Shown here: positions 39,597-53,239 of the stretch, piece after piece
Position numbering within the stretch: the stretch's first letter is position 1
How the letters are laid out: each line of letters starts with the position of its first letter
Source of the DNA: Octopus vulgaris
Taxonomy: Eukaryota
Direction of reading: 5' to 3'
Assembly: GCA_951406725.2 (NCBI GenBank)
Contig: OX597824.1
Span: 24,242,001-24,306,000 of the forward strand
Length of the DNA stretch: 64,000 nucleotides
Translations under genes and position numbers: made by a program
The notes under the pieces: model-generated
The model's database searches: none
The model's input: only the letters and a program-made list of their open reading frames with translations
Told to the model about the DNA's origin: nothing

Positions 39597-40027
39597 GAAA
39601 CCGGGATAAAATATACGAAGCCCAGTATACCCATCATGACTACCCGTCTGATAAGAGTACACCAGGTACAGCTGGCAGAAAAGGCGGCGAGCTGGCAGAA
39701 ACGTTAGCACGTCGAACGAATTGCGTAGCCGTATTTCCTCTGCCGTTACGTTCTGAGTTCAAATTCCGCCGAGGTCGACTTTTCCTTTCATCCTTTCGGG
39801 GTCGATTAATTAAGTACCAGTTACGCACTGGGGTCGATGTAATCGACTTAATACCTATGTCTGTCCTTGTTTGTCCTCTCTGTGTTTAGCCCCTTGTGGG
39901 TAATAAAGAAATAGGTACATGCATCACAACCATATGCGCGCGACATGGTGATCTCATATCAAGATATAAATCGCATGACGTTGTAGATGGGGCCTAGTAA
40001 GAACTTTCTTCAGGTCGAGTAGCCCAC
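39597..40027. mobile_element. Partial copy of element X interrupted by SINE B (about 39671-39912; TSD AGGTACA)
   Basis: Matches about 41607-41787; AGGTACA at 39664-39670 and 39913-39919. Confidence 0.8.
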
Positions 40028-40030
40028 CTC

Positions 40031-41172
40031 ATTATTCAGTAGTATATTTTTTATATCGTGCTTTCACTTCACTACCGAGCGCAGCTCTGTGTGCCTTCGG
40101 TATGTGCTGTGATTTGTTGCGATGCTCTGATGGTTATTGTATGGAAAGTGTTCTGCGTAGGATGTGTGCAGTGCCTAGTAGTGCAATTTTCTGTATGTTA
40201 TATGTGTTTGTAAGTCCTGGTGCTTTTGTTATGTATTTGTCTGAATATTTTTTTATCATGCCTCATGCACCTATTATGATAGGAATTGTTTCTGCTTTTA
40301 GATTCCACATTCTGGTTACCTCTATTTCCAGGTCTTTGTATTTTGAAAGTTTCTCCATTTCTTTTAGAGACACGTTGTCATCCGCTGGTATTGATACATC
40401 AATTAGAAAACATTTTTTTCTTCATGATCTCTGACAACTATATCTGGTCTGTTGGCCTTAATTCTCTATCTGTGTATATTGGCATATCCCAGAGTATGGT
40501 TGTTTTCTCGTTTTTTGTGACCTTTTTTGGTGTGTGCCTATACCATCTTTTTTCTGTTGTTATTCCATAATGTTGGCATATTTTCCAGTGTATATAGGTC
40601 CCAACTCTGTCGTGTCTGTGAATATATTCTTTCTTAGCCAGGACTGGGCAGCCAGAGATAATATGATTTATTGTTTCTTGTCCATCTCCACATATTCTGC
40701 AGTTACTTGTTATATTCCTTTTCATTACATGTTTTTGGTAATTTCTGGTGGGGAGGCTTTGGTCTTGTGCTGCAATTAAAAATCCTTCTGTCTCTGCTTT
40801 GAGTCCTGAGCTTCTCAACCATTGTTGGGATTTTTTTTTGTCTATTTCTTTTGCATTTAGTTTAGTTTAGTCCAGTATTTGCCATGAAGGGGCTTTTCTT
40901 GCCATCGTTTTGTCATGGTTCGTTGCTGTTCTATTTTTAGTTTGGATTTCATTTGTTTTATAGCTTTTGTTGTCTTCTTCTTCTTCTTCTTCTTCTTCTT
41001 CTTCTTCTTCTTCTTCTTCTTCTTCTTCTTCTTCTTCTTCTTCTTCTTCTTCTTCTTCTTCTTCTTCTTCTTCTTCTTCTTCTTCTTCTTCTTCTTCTTC
41101 TTCTTCTTTTTCTTCTTCGTATTTGTTAGGTGGTAGGATTTCTTGTTTGTATTTGTCAGCTTCCTTAAATAC
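40031..41172 (-). mobile_element. R4/Dong-clade (RLE) non-LTR retrotransposon, 5'-truncated, disrupted
   Basis: WQEKPLHGKY, ETEGFLIAAQDQ, CCHC knuckle CRICGDGQETINHIISGC, RHD, NRPD...IDV...EKLSKY (PD-(D/E)xK), IQKIALLGTAHILRRTL*; frameshifts and a stop; 5' junction in (TAA)n. Confidence 0.9.
40974..41118 (+). repeat. (TTC)n expansion inside the Dong ORF (poly-Glu on the coding strand)
   Basis: ORF reads ...PPNKYEEEKEEE(E)n..TTKAIKQMKSKL across it. Confidence 0.9.
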
Positions 41173-41187
41173 TTATTATTATTATTA

Positions 41188-41242
<55 letters not shown>

Positions 41243-41253
41243 CATCATCATCA

Positions 41254-41421
41254 TTGCCTTTGCACAGCTTCTAACGCTGGACATTACATTGTCAACTACC
41301 AGTGAACTAAGGTAACACCTCTTATTTTTCGAGCACCTTCCGGAGTATTCGAGCGGTTCCAAGCAGTGCTGCTTTCTGCAAGTGCTCCATCTTTATTGCA
41401 GCCCCTATTTGTTCCACATAC
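41254..41421 (-). mobile_element. 3' end of a second R4/Dong family, inside (TAA)n
   Basis: YVEQIGAAIKMEHLQKAALLGTARILRKVLEK*, short 3' UTR, TAA repeats on both sides. Confidence 0.82.
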
Positions 41422-41445
41422 TATTACTATTATTATTATTATTAC

Positions 41446-41500
<55 letters not shown>

Positions 41501-41507
41501 GTTGTTG

Positions 41508-41575
<68 letters not shown>

Positions 41576-42129
41576 GAGTGAGAGAGCAGTTCATGCCATC
41601 GAAGTGACACTGGGGTAAAATATACGAAGCCCAATATACCCATCATGACTACCCGTCTGATAAGGGTACACCAGGCACATGCATCACAACCATATGTGCG
41701 CGACATGGTGATCTCATATCAAGATAAACAGCACATGACCTTGCAGGTGGGGCCCAGTTAGAATTTTCTTCAGGTTGAGTAGCCCATCCCGCTCAAACGG
41801 TCCCTGAATAAGGGTTGTTTAAGGATGTTGAAAAAACCACCCATGTTTCCAGAGGTGAACTATTCAAACCCCAAAGAATCCCTCTCAACACATGGCTATG
41901 ATGCTCCCCCACTACTTCTGCTCGTGATCAGAGATGCACATATCGTCAGCCACTAAGGGACATGCTCAACTGGTTAAGGTCAAACAACTGACAAGCAAAT
42001 CTGTGGTATTGAGCAGAATATTTGCTGTAGCCCATCTTTTATACCAAGACAAAACAATGTACATGATAACACCGCCAATCAGTTAAGATCAGAAGCCATG
42101 AGAGCCACTGCCTGGTACTGCATCAGGGC

Positions 42130-42131
<2 letters not shown>
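41576..42131. mobile_element. Unclassified 556-bp non-coding element X inside (TAA)n
   Basis: Sharp junctions with TAA arrays; second partial copy at 39597-40027; no ORF, TIR or tRNA head seen. Confidence 0.7.
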
Positions 42132-42187
<56 letters not shown>

Positions 42188-42276
42188 GTCATTATTATTA
42201 CTATCATTTTTATTATTATAGTATTATTATTATTACTATTATCATTATTTTTATTGTTATTATCATTATTATTATT

Positions 42277-42493
42277 AAGACGGTGATCTGGCAGAATCTT
42301 TAGCATGCCGGGGAAAATGTTTATCGGCAGTTCGTCCGTTTTTACGTTCTCAGTCCAAATTCTGCCGAGGTTGACTTTGCCATTCGTCCTTTTGGAGTCG
42401 ATAAATTAAGTACCATTGAAACACTGATGTCGATGTAATTTACTTATGCCCTTCCCAAAAAATTTCTGCCCTTGTGGCAAAATTTGAAACCAT
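42277..42493 (+). mobile_element. SINE B' (older variant tail)
   Basis: B head and centre, tail GCCCTTGTGGCAAAATTTGAAACCATT. Confidence 0.75.
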
Positions 42494-42654
42494 TCTTATT
42501 TATCATCATTATTATTGATGCTATAGTACATGGTCTAACAGCAGATATCCAGCTGCAGCAACTTTACCGAACTACCTAGCACCTTGAAAGAACATCAACC
42601 CGACATTCCTTCCACGCCTACAACGTTCTAGATTCTCTTTTATATGATATGATA

Positions 42655-42656
<2 letters not shown>

Positions 42657-42727
<71 letters not shown>

Positions 42728-42851
42728 CATATACATACATATATATATATATACATACATATATATATATATATACATATATACATATATATATACATAT
42801 ATATATATATACACATATATATATATATACATATATATATATACATATCTG

Positions 42852-42929
<78 letters not shown>

Positions 42930-42961
42930 CATATATATATACACACACATATATGTAGGTA

Positions 42962-43030
<69 letters not shown>
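42657..43030. repeat. (TA)n / (TACA)n microsatellite
   Basis: Direct reading. Confidence 0.95.
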
Positions 43031-43037
<7 letters not shown>

Positions 43038-43248
43038 TGGTATGTATGTATGTAGGTTGTACACGTGCGTATGAATGTGCTTGCGTGTCTGTATGCTGCC
43101 TTGTCGAGGTGAGAATGTGAATGTGTGCATATTTTGGTTTCAGTTTATCTTATACACCTGGCTAAATGAACAAGGAAATGTTTAACTGAATACCAGTTTT
43201 AACCGTCACCCATTCCTTGCTTCTTTCTCTCATTCCCCCCCCCATCAC

Positions 43249-43291
<43 letters not shown>

Positions 43292-43753
43292 CTCTGTCTC
43301 TCTTTCATTTTCCCTCTTCTCTTCCTCTCCCGCTCTCTCTCTCTCTCTCTTTCCTTCCTTTCCTTCCTCGTTTCTATTTATAAAGAAAATCTGCAACATG
43401 AGTCAGCAAAAATAGTAGTTATCAGTAAAGTGTAAATTATTTTTTGCTTTTTTTTAAAGTTCGTATGCTATTGAAAGAAGAATTTTGCTGACGTTTCGAG
43501 GCAGGGTTTCTTCCTTACGTAACGGGAAGATTTCAAATATGTTTTGTCGTCAGCCTTGTTGAATGAAGTTTCCCGAAACGACATTCTATGAAATTTTAAA
43601 GGAAACACACACACACACACACACAGAATTCTAACTCTGTCTCTGTCTGTGTGTGTTTCCTTAAAAATTTCAGATAGATAGGTAGATAGATACACGTGTA
43701 TCAATCTAGCAATCTATCTATCTACATATATGTGTGCATGGATACATTCATAC

Positions 43754-43796
<43 letters not shown>

Positions 43797-43839
43797 TAAA
43801 GAGAGAGAGAGAGAGAGAGATTGATAGATAGATAGATAC

Positions 43840-44333
43840 ATTTATATATATATATATATATATATACGAGATGCAGTATATATATATATATATATACATA
43901 TATGTATGTACATTTATATATATATATATATATATATACGAGATGCAGTATATATATATATATATACATATATGTATATATATATAAATCTATATATAAA
44001 TATATATATATATATGTATATATATGCATATATATATATACTATATGTACATACATACATGCATGCATACATACATATATATACGAGATGCAGTATATAT
44101 ATATATACATATATGTATATATATATAAATCTATATATAAATATATATATATATATATGTATATATATGCATATATATATATATACTATATGTACATACA
44201 TACATGCATGCATACATACATACATACATACAAACATACATACATACATACGTACATACATGCATACATACATACATACATACATACATACATACATACA
44301 TACATACATACATACATACATACATACATACAT
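43840..44333. repeat. (TA)/(CATA) tract with internal block duplications
   Basis: TACGAGATGCAGTA occurs three times; TAAATCTATA and ACTATATGTACATACATACATGCATGC twice, about 143 bp apart. Confidence 0.85.
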
Positions 44334-44793
44334 AGTTATATAGTATATTGGATCGGTAGCGAAAGAAAATAATGATATTTGATAACATTCACGGTGACTG
44401 TGTACGGCTTCGTTCGTTAAACTTTTCTTCATGAAAAAAATCCGCTGCCGAAGCCTGACTCAAGTGAAGAAGCTCGCTATGTAATGTCACAACTGATAAC
44501 AATTGTCTAACTCACACTTCTTCTCCGCCGAGTCCCTTCTCCTCCTTCCCTTCATCCTTCTATTCTTCTTCTTCTTCATCCTTCTTTTCTGTTTCCTCTT
44601 TTTTTTTTTTTTTTTTCTAAAAATCAGGAATAGTAGAACTACTTCAGAGACACAGTATTTGCCGGTAAATAAAATGCGCTCCTTTTTTTTTTTATTCTTA
44701 AATCTATAAAAAAAAAAATCCCAGCATCCAATATGGCCGTATCACGGATAGCAGTCCGTGTGTCGTGGACTCGGGAGGCACATTAATTGCTAC

Positions 44794-45180
44794 TAATAAT
44801 CCCTTCTACTATAGGCACAAGGCCTGAAATTTTGTGGGGGAGTAAGTCGATTCCTGTGACCCCAGTACATAACTGGTACTTATTTTATCGACCCCGAAAT
44901 AGGTGAAAGACAAAGTCGACCCCGGGGGAATTTGAACTCGGAACGTAAAGACGGGTGAAATACCTATTTCGTTACTACCCACAAGGGGCTAAACATAGAG
45001 GGGACAAACAAGGACAGACATAGGTATCAAGTCGATTACATTGACCCCAGTGCGTGACTGGTACTTAATTTATCGACCCCGAAAGGATGAAAGGCAAAGT
45101 CGACCTCGGCGGAATTTGAACTCAGAATGTAATGGCAGACGAAATACCGCTAAGCATTTCGCCCGGCGTGCTGACGTTTC
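44794..45180 (-). mobile_element. SINE B joined head-to-tail to a B' remnant at GGTATTTC
   Basis: Minus strand ...GTAGTAACGAAATA|GGTATTTCACCCGTCTTTACG... Confidence 0.82.
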
Positions 45181-45695
45181 TTCCATCTTGCATAATTGCT
45201 ACTAATAATAAAACAATGAAAAAAACAACCCAAATTATCACAGTTTTTCAGTACATATTTTCGAGAAATTTTAAACAGTACGATGGCAGTTATGTGAGGA
45301 TGTCACATTATCCAGTTATACCTCCTTCATCAGCATAACATAACCCACGTCAAATATGTGTCATACATTATTTAATTATTCTGCTACCCGTAAGAAACAT
45401 TTTTTAATTATCTAAATGAAATTCGCCAAGGTAAATGAAAGGGTTGTTAAATTTTCATCTGCCTATCAGCTATCTCCAATGTGTGGATGACCACAAAACC
45501 ATAGCAATGGAGCCCGATTACTGTTATACAAAACATCTTAGTCAATACAGTTTGCAAACTGTAGAGTAATTCTCTTGACTAAGACAAAAGCAATTATACA
45601 GCTGATTTCAAAAAGGCCAAGTACCCCCACTGCACTGTACATATATATATTTGAGCTGTTGTGGTAGCAGACCACGAAACACGGTTGAAATTCCT

Positions 45696-45742
<47 letters not shown>

Positions 45743-45786
45743 ATACATACATATATACTTACATACATCTACATATATATATATAC

Positions 45787-45839
<53 letters not shown>

Positions 45840-45925
45840 CATACATACATTCATACATACATACATAAATACATACATACACACATACATACATACATAC
45901 ATGTGTGTGTAATTTTTATAAATAT

Positions 45926-46245
45926 AGGCGCAGGTGTGGCTGTGTAGTTTGCGGCTTTCTTTCCAACCACATGGGTTTTCCTTCAATTCTTATGCATAAC
46001 ACCTTGGGCAAGTGTCTTCTACTATAGCCTCGAGCCGACCAAAGCCTTCGGAGTGCACACAGAAACTGAAAGCCTGTTGTGTATATATATGTGTGTGTGT
46101 GTGTTTGTGTGTATGTGTGTGTGTGTGTATACAGATATATATACAGATATACACATACACACACACACGCATGCATGTGTCCTTCTGTCTGTATTTGTCA
46201 CTGCACCACCGTTTGAGAACCGGTGTTGGTGTATTTACGTCCTCC
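45926..46245 (+). mobile_element. Diverged SINE family A (no tail)
   Basis: Head and ACCTTGGGCAAGTGTCTTCTACTATAGCC. Confidence 0.7.
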
Positions 46246-46499
46246 GTACGTTATATATATGTGTGTGTGTGTGTTTTAATTCCTCGGAGTGCGTCTTTCT
46301 GCAACTTTGTTTAAAACATTTTAATTTGTCCATGACTTTTCCACTTCACTTCGCTCTACTTCTGTTCTCTTTCCTTTCTCCTTCGTTATTCCTCTTCCTC
46401 ACACGAACACCTTCACCTCTTCTCCTGTCCCAAAAAGCCAATTTCTCTACCTCTTTCTACTTCCGGTCACTTCAGCGATGTAAATACACGTGTTGTCAG

Positions 46500-46660
46500 A
46501 GATTTCTTTTTCTTTGGATTTTTTTTTTCCTTTCACCTTTCCGACGAAGAACAATACTCGAAACGTCAAACTCTTTTTACACCGAGTGTCAAACTAATAC
46601 ATTTTTTGTGCACGTCTTCTCGTTGTTCGTTAATTTTATTCGTTTATTTGAATTTACCAT
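46500..46660 (+). mobile_element. Diverged hammerhead-bearing short element
   Basis: ttt-CCGACGA-agaacaatactc-GAAAC-GTC-aaa at 46538-46570. Confidence 0.5.
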
Positions 46661-46675
46661 ATATATATATATATA

Positions 46676-46807
46676 AATCAGCCGAAATTGCGAAGATGAT
46701 CCGGTTCTTGACTGATGACTGAGAGCTTCGAAAGTCCCGTCCGTATTTTTTGTGTCGTCTTCTAAATGTTTCGCGTTCTTGTCCCAGTTTGTGTATTTTT
46801 TTACTTT

Positions 46808-46810
<3 letters not shown>
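46676..46810 (+). mobile_element. Solo fragment related to the 9740-10746 terminal repeat, in (TA)n
   Basis: CAGCCGAAATT...GATGATCCGGTTCTTGACTGATGA...GAAAGTC. Confidence 0.6.
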
Positions 46811-46877
<67 letters not shown>

Positions 46878-47472
46878 TACTCACCGTTAATCTAAATACA
46901 CGCGGGATCGTCTACATACACCACGAGCCTTTTGACTGGTGAAAATTGATAAACATCTTTCCAACTTTAATGCCATATCGCCTGATGAAATGAACGGATG
47001 AACAAAGACCTACCTGACGTCCAGGTTATCAGATTGGACTGTGATCATCCTAGGTATGCGGACTATGGATGCAAAAAACATATGAGTTGCAGAAAAGCGC
47101 GTTGCGATGCATTAAAATATTTTTAAATTCCATCCATGGATTATTTTTATTGTTACTATATTTATCCTATGCTATGTCAGCACAATTCGATACGATCCTA
47201 TAATATTGTTTTATTGCAGGTTAGAATCACTACGTCGTAACCGACATATTAACATAGGAGTTTTTATATACGTACTCAAAAACTTTTCCTCTTAACGAAC
47301 TTAAGAGATATATTTATATAACATATGCAGATATGTATAGATATAGATATAGATATATAAATTCATGTACTGGTATGTATATATCAATAACATATTCATA
47401 TCAATAGATAGATGGATATATACGTACATACATATACATAATTATTTATGCATATATGTGCATGTGTATGTT

Positions 47473-47559
<87 letters not shown>

Positions 47560-48358
47560 GTGTGAAATTCGAATATTTTGAAGCCAAAAGAATAATATTA
47601 TAATTATATTCTATCTTGAATATTTTCTCTTATTTTTTTTTTTTCAAGATTTTCGATTTTAAAAAAAATTGTCAAAGAATGAAAGAATTCTATAAACAAC
47701 ATTGAGAAGCCAGACGATCAGACATGTTGACTGCTTCAGTCGAAGACCCAGAGGCCAAGTACGAAAGTTCAAAACATGTTAGTAGCAATTAAGTTTGCAC
47801 CAATCAAATTTTCCCGGCAATCAAACAGTAGACATGTTAACAGCAAGAATTCTTTTATCTATGAGATGAAAGCTGAATGAATACAAAATAAAATACAAGA
47901 ATCATAGACTATCTTGTCTGAATGTGTTGGTATATAGCGATAAATGTCTTTGAGGCGAAACTTAAAGAACTGCGACGAAATTTGAAAATTTCAAAGATTT
48001 TTGGAAGCGAAAACAATACCTCTAATAAAACCGATTTATTGTGTTTGTTTGTTTGTTTGTTTCCTTCTTTCTTTGTTGGTTTTTTTCTGTTCTGGATTCC
48101 CGATTTAAGAAACAAAAAAATAATTGATGTGGACATAGTTGTGTTATTGTGTCGTTGAGAACCTCCATTCATTACCACGTGGTTTCAACTTCAGTCCCAT
48201 AAGTGGGGGTATCTTGACCAAGCGTTTACGCCTATAGCGCTGAGCACACCAATGTCTTGTAAAGTGAATTCATACACAGAAGCTGCGTGAAAACCCGTCA
48301 TGTATACATATATGTATATATATATATGTATATATATATGTATATATATATGTATATA

Positions 48359-48446
<88 letters not shown>

Positions 48447-48449
<3 letters not shown>

Positions 48450-48625
48450 AGAATTCACAAAAGAAAAAACAAAAAGACGAAGACAGGTGGTGTAGAGAAA
48501 AAAAACAAATGTATTAGTATAACGCTCGGGAAGTGAAAAAGTATTTAACGTTTCGAGCCTACGCTCTTCCACATAAAGGAACACAGAAAGAAACAAGGAG
48601 AGAAAATAATGTGTAGTGGTTAGCG

Positions 48626-48627
<2 letters not shown>
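48447..48627 (-). mobile_element. Short (TA)n-embedded element, hammerhead core degenerate
   Basis: Homologous to 28250-28450. Confidence 0.6.
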
Positions 48628-48656
<29 letters not shown>

Positions 48657-48799
48657 CATAACGTGTGTGTGTGTGTGTGTGTGTGCGTGCATGCATATAG
48701 GTGAGATAATAGTTTCAGAAATTAATGTTGAAAGTAAATCGCATTAAGTTGAATTCGCAGACGACATGATATTACTAAACTCTTAGGAATTATTTTATT

Positions 48800-49120
48800 C
48801 CAGCCGACTGATCTTATATTCGCCAGTCTCGATAAAACTTCCATCCCGGCTGAGCATTTCAAGAATATGAACAAGAGAAGTGACAATCCGCACCTTGGCT
48901 GAGCCCAGCAACCACATTGAATAGTTTCGACTCTGAGCAATTTATCCGAGCACAAATTGTATGACATTCATATAGGAACTTCAAGACAACAAGAAGCTGT
49001 CTATCGATCCCATATTCCTGCAAGATCTTCCGTGTAACGCAATCGTATGACTTCTCGAGGTCTATGAAACAAGTATACAGCTTTTGACCATACTCCCGAA
49101 AATCCTCGTAAATCTACCGC
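48800..49120 (-). pseudogene. Degenerate RTE-type reverse transcriptase fragment
   Basis: EYGQKLYTCFIDLEKSYDCV...LQEYGID...RINCSESKLFNVVAGLSQG..LSLLLFI matches FIDLEKAYD and GLRQGC.LSPLLF. Confidence 0.75.
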
Positions 49121-49134
49121 ATATATATATATAT

Positions 49135-49182
<48 letters not shown>

Positions 49183-49495
49183 ATATTTAAAAAACAAAAA
49201 ATTAATTAATAAATAAAATAATATATAAATATAAAAATATACATACATACATATATATATATATTTGTATATATATATAAAATTTATAAGTTTAAATTAT
49301 TTAAATAATTTTTTTATTTTTAACTTTTATATTTTTAAATTAATTTTATGTATTGGCTTATGTTTTTCACTGTTTGATTTGCCTAATAGTGGTTTTATCT
49401 CTAATTTAATATAATATAATATATTTATACTATAAAATTGGATTTAATCCTAAATCTAATTTTTCCCTGTAAGTTTGGATTTATTCCCTAATATT

Positions 49496-49543
<48 letters not shown>

Positions 49544-49544
<1 letters not shown>

Positions 49545-49919
49545 TAGACTATGACCCAGCAACGCCGGGTCATAGTGCTAGTGCATGCATATACAGCTGC
49601 GTGCGTGCGCACATACACGCAAGTACTGTCCAAATCTCCGACCAATCACATAAAGCTAGCTGGCATTCAATTGGCGTATCAAGTTTCGGGCATTTTGATT
49701 GGGTTTTGGATAGAAAATTCACAAAAAGTCACTTCTATTGATTTGTTAACTGCTTTGCAGGGTGATTGGGGAGATGTAAAGGAGTGCACGGCCACCCTTG
49801 GACGGTTTTGAAGGACCATAGAAAGTGCGAGCTCTCTAACTGAAAAATTGTGGATTTGTATAAAGGATACACACACACACACACACAGACACATTTTGCC
49901 GTTTATATATATAGAGAGA
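49544..49919 (-). mobile_element. Non-autonomous Helitron-like element
   Basis: Minus strand 5' TCTCTCTATATATATAAACGG after an A; 3' hairpin ending CTAG before a T. Confidence 0.65.
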
Positions 49920-50352
49920 TATAAATATGAAGGTATGTGTCTCTATGTTTGCCCCACTCATCGCTGACAACCGGTGCAATTTCGCATATGTCATGGAATT
50001 TAGAAGTTCAGCAAAATCGACCGATAGAACAAGTTCCAGACTTTAAAATAAGTGATGAAATCGATTTCACCGACTTAAACCCTTCAAGGAGGTGCCCTAG
50101 GGTGACCGCTGTTCAAAATGATTGAAACAAATAAAAGATAAAAAGACAAAGAATGAAGGTATTAAAGTACAGGTGTACAAAATACGTGCACTGTACGTAA
50201 ATTTCCCTATTGAATTTATGTACACAGTATGTAATGACATTTCTTGATGCTTGGCATCAGTTCCTAGAGCTTGTCTTTCTTTTAGCTTGTATTTTTTGGC
50301 ATGTTTCAGTAACTGGACAGCGGTCATACTGGAGCACAGTCTTGAAGGGTAT

Positions 50353-50579
50353 ACTCTTTTACTCTTTTACTTGTTTCAGTCATTTGACTGCGGCCATGCT
50401 GGAGCACCGCCTTTAGTCGAGCAAATCGACCCCGGGACTATTTCTTTGTAAGCCCAGTACTTATTCTATCGGTCTCTTTCGCCGAACTGCTAAGTAACGG
50501 GGACATAAACACACCAGCATCGGCTGTCAAGCAATGCTAGGGGGACAAACACAGACACACAAACATATACACACACACT

Positions 50580-50613
<34 letters not shown>

Positions 50614-50622
50614 TACGACAGG

Positions 50623-50625
<3 letters not shown>
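50353..50625 (-). mobile_element. SINE family A, 3' part
   Basis: Tail and body match. Confidence 0.85.
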
Positions 50626-50697
<72 letters not shown>

Positions 50698-51524
50698 CGC
50701 AGTCAAGTGGCTGAACCAAGTAAAAAAATAAAAGAGAATAAGAGAATAACCCGTGTGTGTATATATATATATATATTAATAAATAAAAACATATGCATAT
50801 ATATATAAACATATATGTACGTACCTACCTCTACATGTATATATACACGCATATATGAGTACAGGACACCAAAAAAACGTCGAACACAATGAGAAACGAA
50901 AACATAGACACAAACCCAAGGAACTGGACATTTTTTTAAACAACAAAAAAATAGAGTACAGGACAATTAACACAAAAAAAAACCCTTCTTCAGTCGCCAT
51001 GGTTTCATCTACTCTACGTTTCGAAGGTGAAGGCGAGACGTAACTTCGAATAAGAAACTTTCCTTCCTGCGAAAAGCAAATCAATTTGACATGGGCGATC
51101 GTTGTATTCTTTCTTGTCTTGAGGTCCACAGCCAAACGGCTGGGTGGATTCGCATGAAAAATGGCACACATGTAGAAACGGGTGCATAGATTGGAATGCG
51201 CGTTGTATTTTTTTCCTAACCCCTATACTTACCGAGAAAATCAATAAAAACATTTTCTAATAGAATTCCCCTCTTTCTTCTGCCATTAAAACAATCAGTT
51301 GCTTAGAAGCTGTTTTCTGACGGGGGGGGGGGGGGTCAGGAAATTTTCATATATTTGGAGGCTCCAATCGAAACAGGGGACCCGAAATGATAAGGTTGTC
51401 ATGTGATTCCAAAGCAACCTTCTTAACAACACAGCCTATGATCGTTTATTGTCGTTTCTTTGCTTTCCCTTTTTTCTTCTTATTATTAGTTTTTGTAGGC
51501 CTGAGCTAATATCGTGTGTCGTTA

Positions 51525-51572
<48 letters not shown>

Positions 51573-51954
51573 ACTACAAATGTTCAGGTGTTGCTTTTTG
51601 CTGTTTTGAACATTTCCATACGTAGCGACTGACCCCCGCCCCCCCTTTCCTTATCGATATTCATCCTTAAATTTCTTCGACATCACCTCAATTTCGTGTT
51701 GTTGTTGCTATTGTTGTTGGTGTTGGTGGTGCTGTTGCATTGATTTCCACTTTGTTTTCACCCGAGTTCTTGGTAAACCTTGTTTGATGTTGGAATCGTA
51801 CTGTTTGTATCGTTCAAAAGATTTCTTCTCTTTCTTTTATTTTTTTTTTCTCACTTTTCATAACAACGGATTCTTTGCGATTCATGAAGAATCTTTTGTC
51901 TTTGGCACTCTTTGATTTCTTCTTCTTTACCTCTACCTCCTCATCCTTCTCTTC

Positions 51955-51979
51955 ATTATTATTATTATTATTAATTTTA

Positions 51980-52028
<49 letters not shown>

Positions 52029-52117
52029 CATTATTATTAATATTATTATTATTATTACTATTATCATTATCATTGTTATTATCATCACCATCATCATCAT
52101 CGTCGTCATCATCATCA

Positions 52118-52157
<40 letters not shown>

Positions 52158-52240
52158 CATTATTATTGTTATCATCACCATCATCATCATCATCATCATC
52201 ACCATCATCATCATTATTATTATTATTATTATTGTTGTTG

Positions 52241-52273
<33 letters not shown>

Positions 52274-52352
52274 CATTATTATTGTTATCATCACCATCAT
52301 CATCATCATCATCATCACCATCACCATCATCATTATTATTATTATTATTGTT

Positions 52353-52415
<63 letters not shown>

Positions 52416-52448
52416 TATTATTATTATCATTATTATTGTTATCATCAC

Positions 52449-52483
<35 letters not shown>

Positions 52484-52522
52484 CCATCATCATCATCATT
52501 ATTATTATTATTGTTATTATTA

Positions 52523-52569
<47 letters not shown>

Positions 52570-52700
52570 GTTATTATTATTATTATTACTATTGTTGTGA
52601 ATGATTATATGTTTCTGTAGTATTTATCTCACACTCGTATTCTCATGTATATCTAAATCCTTCATGATTATTACTGTTATTGCTATTATTAATATTATCG

Positions 52701-52731
<31 letters not shown>

Positions 52732-52805
52732 CATCACCACCACGATCACCATCATCATTTCATTTATCATAATTATTATTATTATTATTATTATTATTAT
52801 TGTTG

Positions 52806-52878
<73 letters not shown>

Positions 52879-53072
52879 CATCATTATTACTATTACTAGT
52901 ACTATTATTGCTATTGTCATCTTTATCACCATCAATATTTTCATAAGTAATAGTAGTACTAATTGTTGTAGGAGTGGTGGTAGTGGTCGTAACGATAATG
53001 GTAGTAGTAGTTGTAGTAGCAGTAGTAGTAGTGGTGGTGGTGGTGTTATAGTAGTAGTAGCAGCGGCAGGAT

Positions 53073-53154
<82 letters not shown>

Positions 53155-53187
53155 TGTTGTAGTAGTAGCAGCAGCAGCAGTAGTAGC

Positions 53188-53239
<52 letters not shown>

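Noticed and set aside
42530-42630. Possible small exon in a higher-GC patch (also 44400-44530, 47700-47850)
   Set aside because: All frames stop quickly, no recognisable peptide or consistent splice sites
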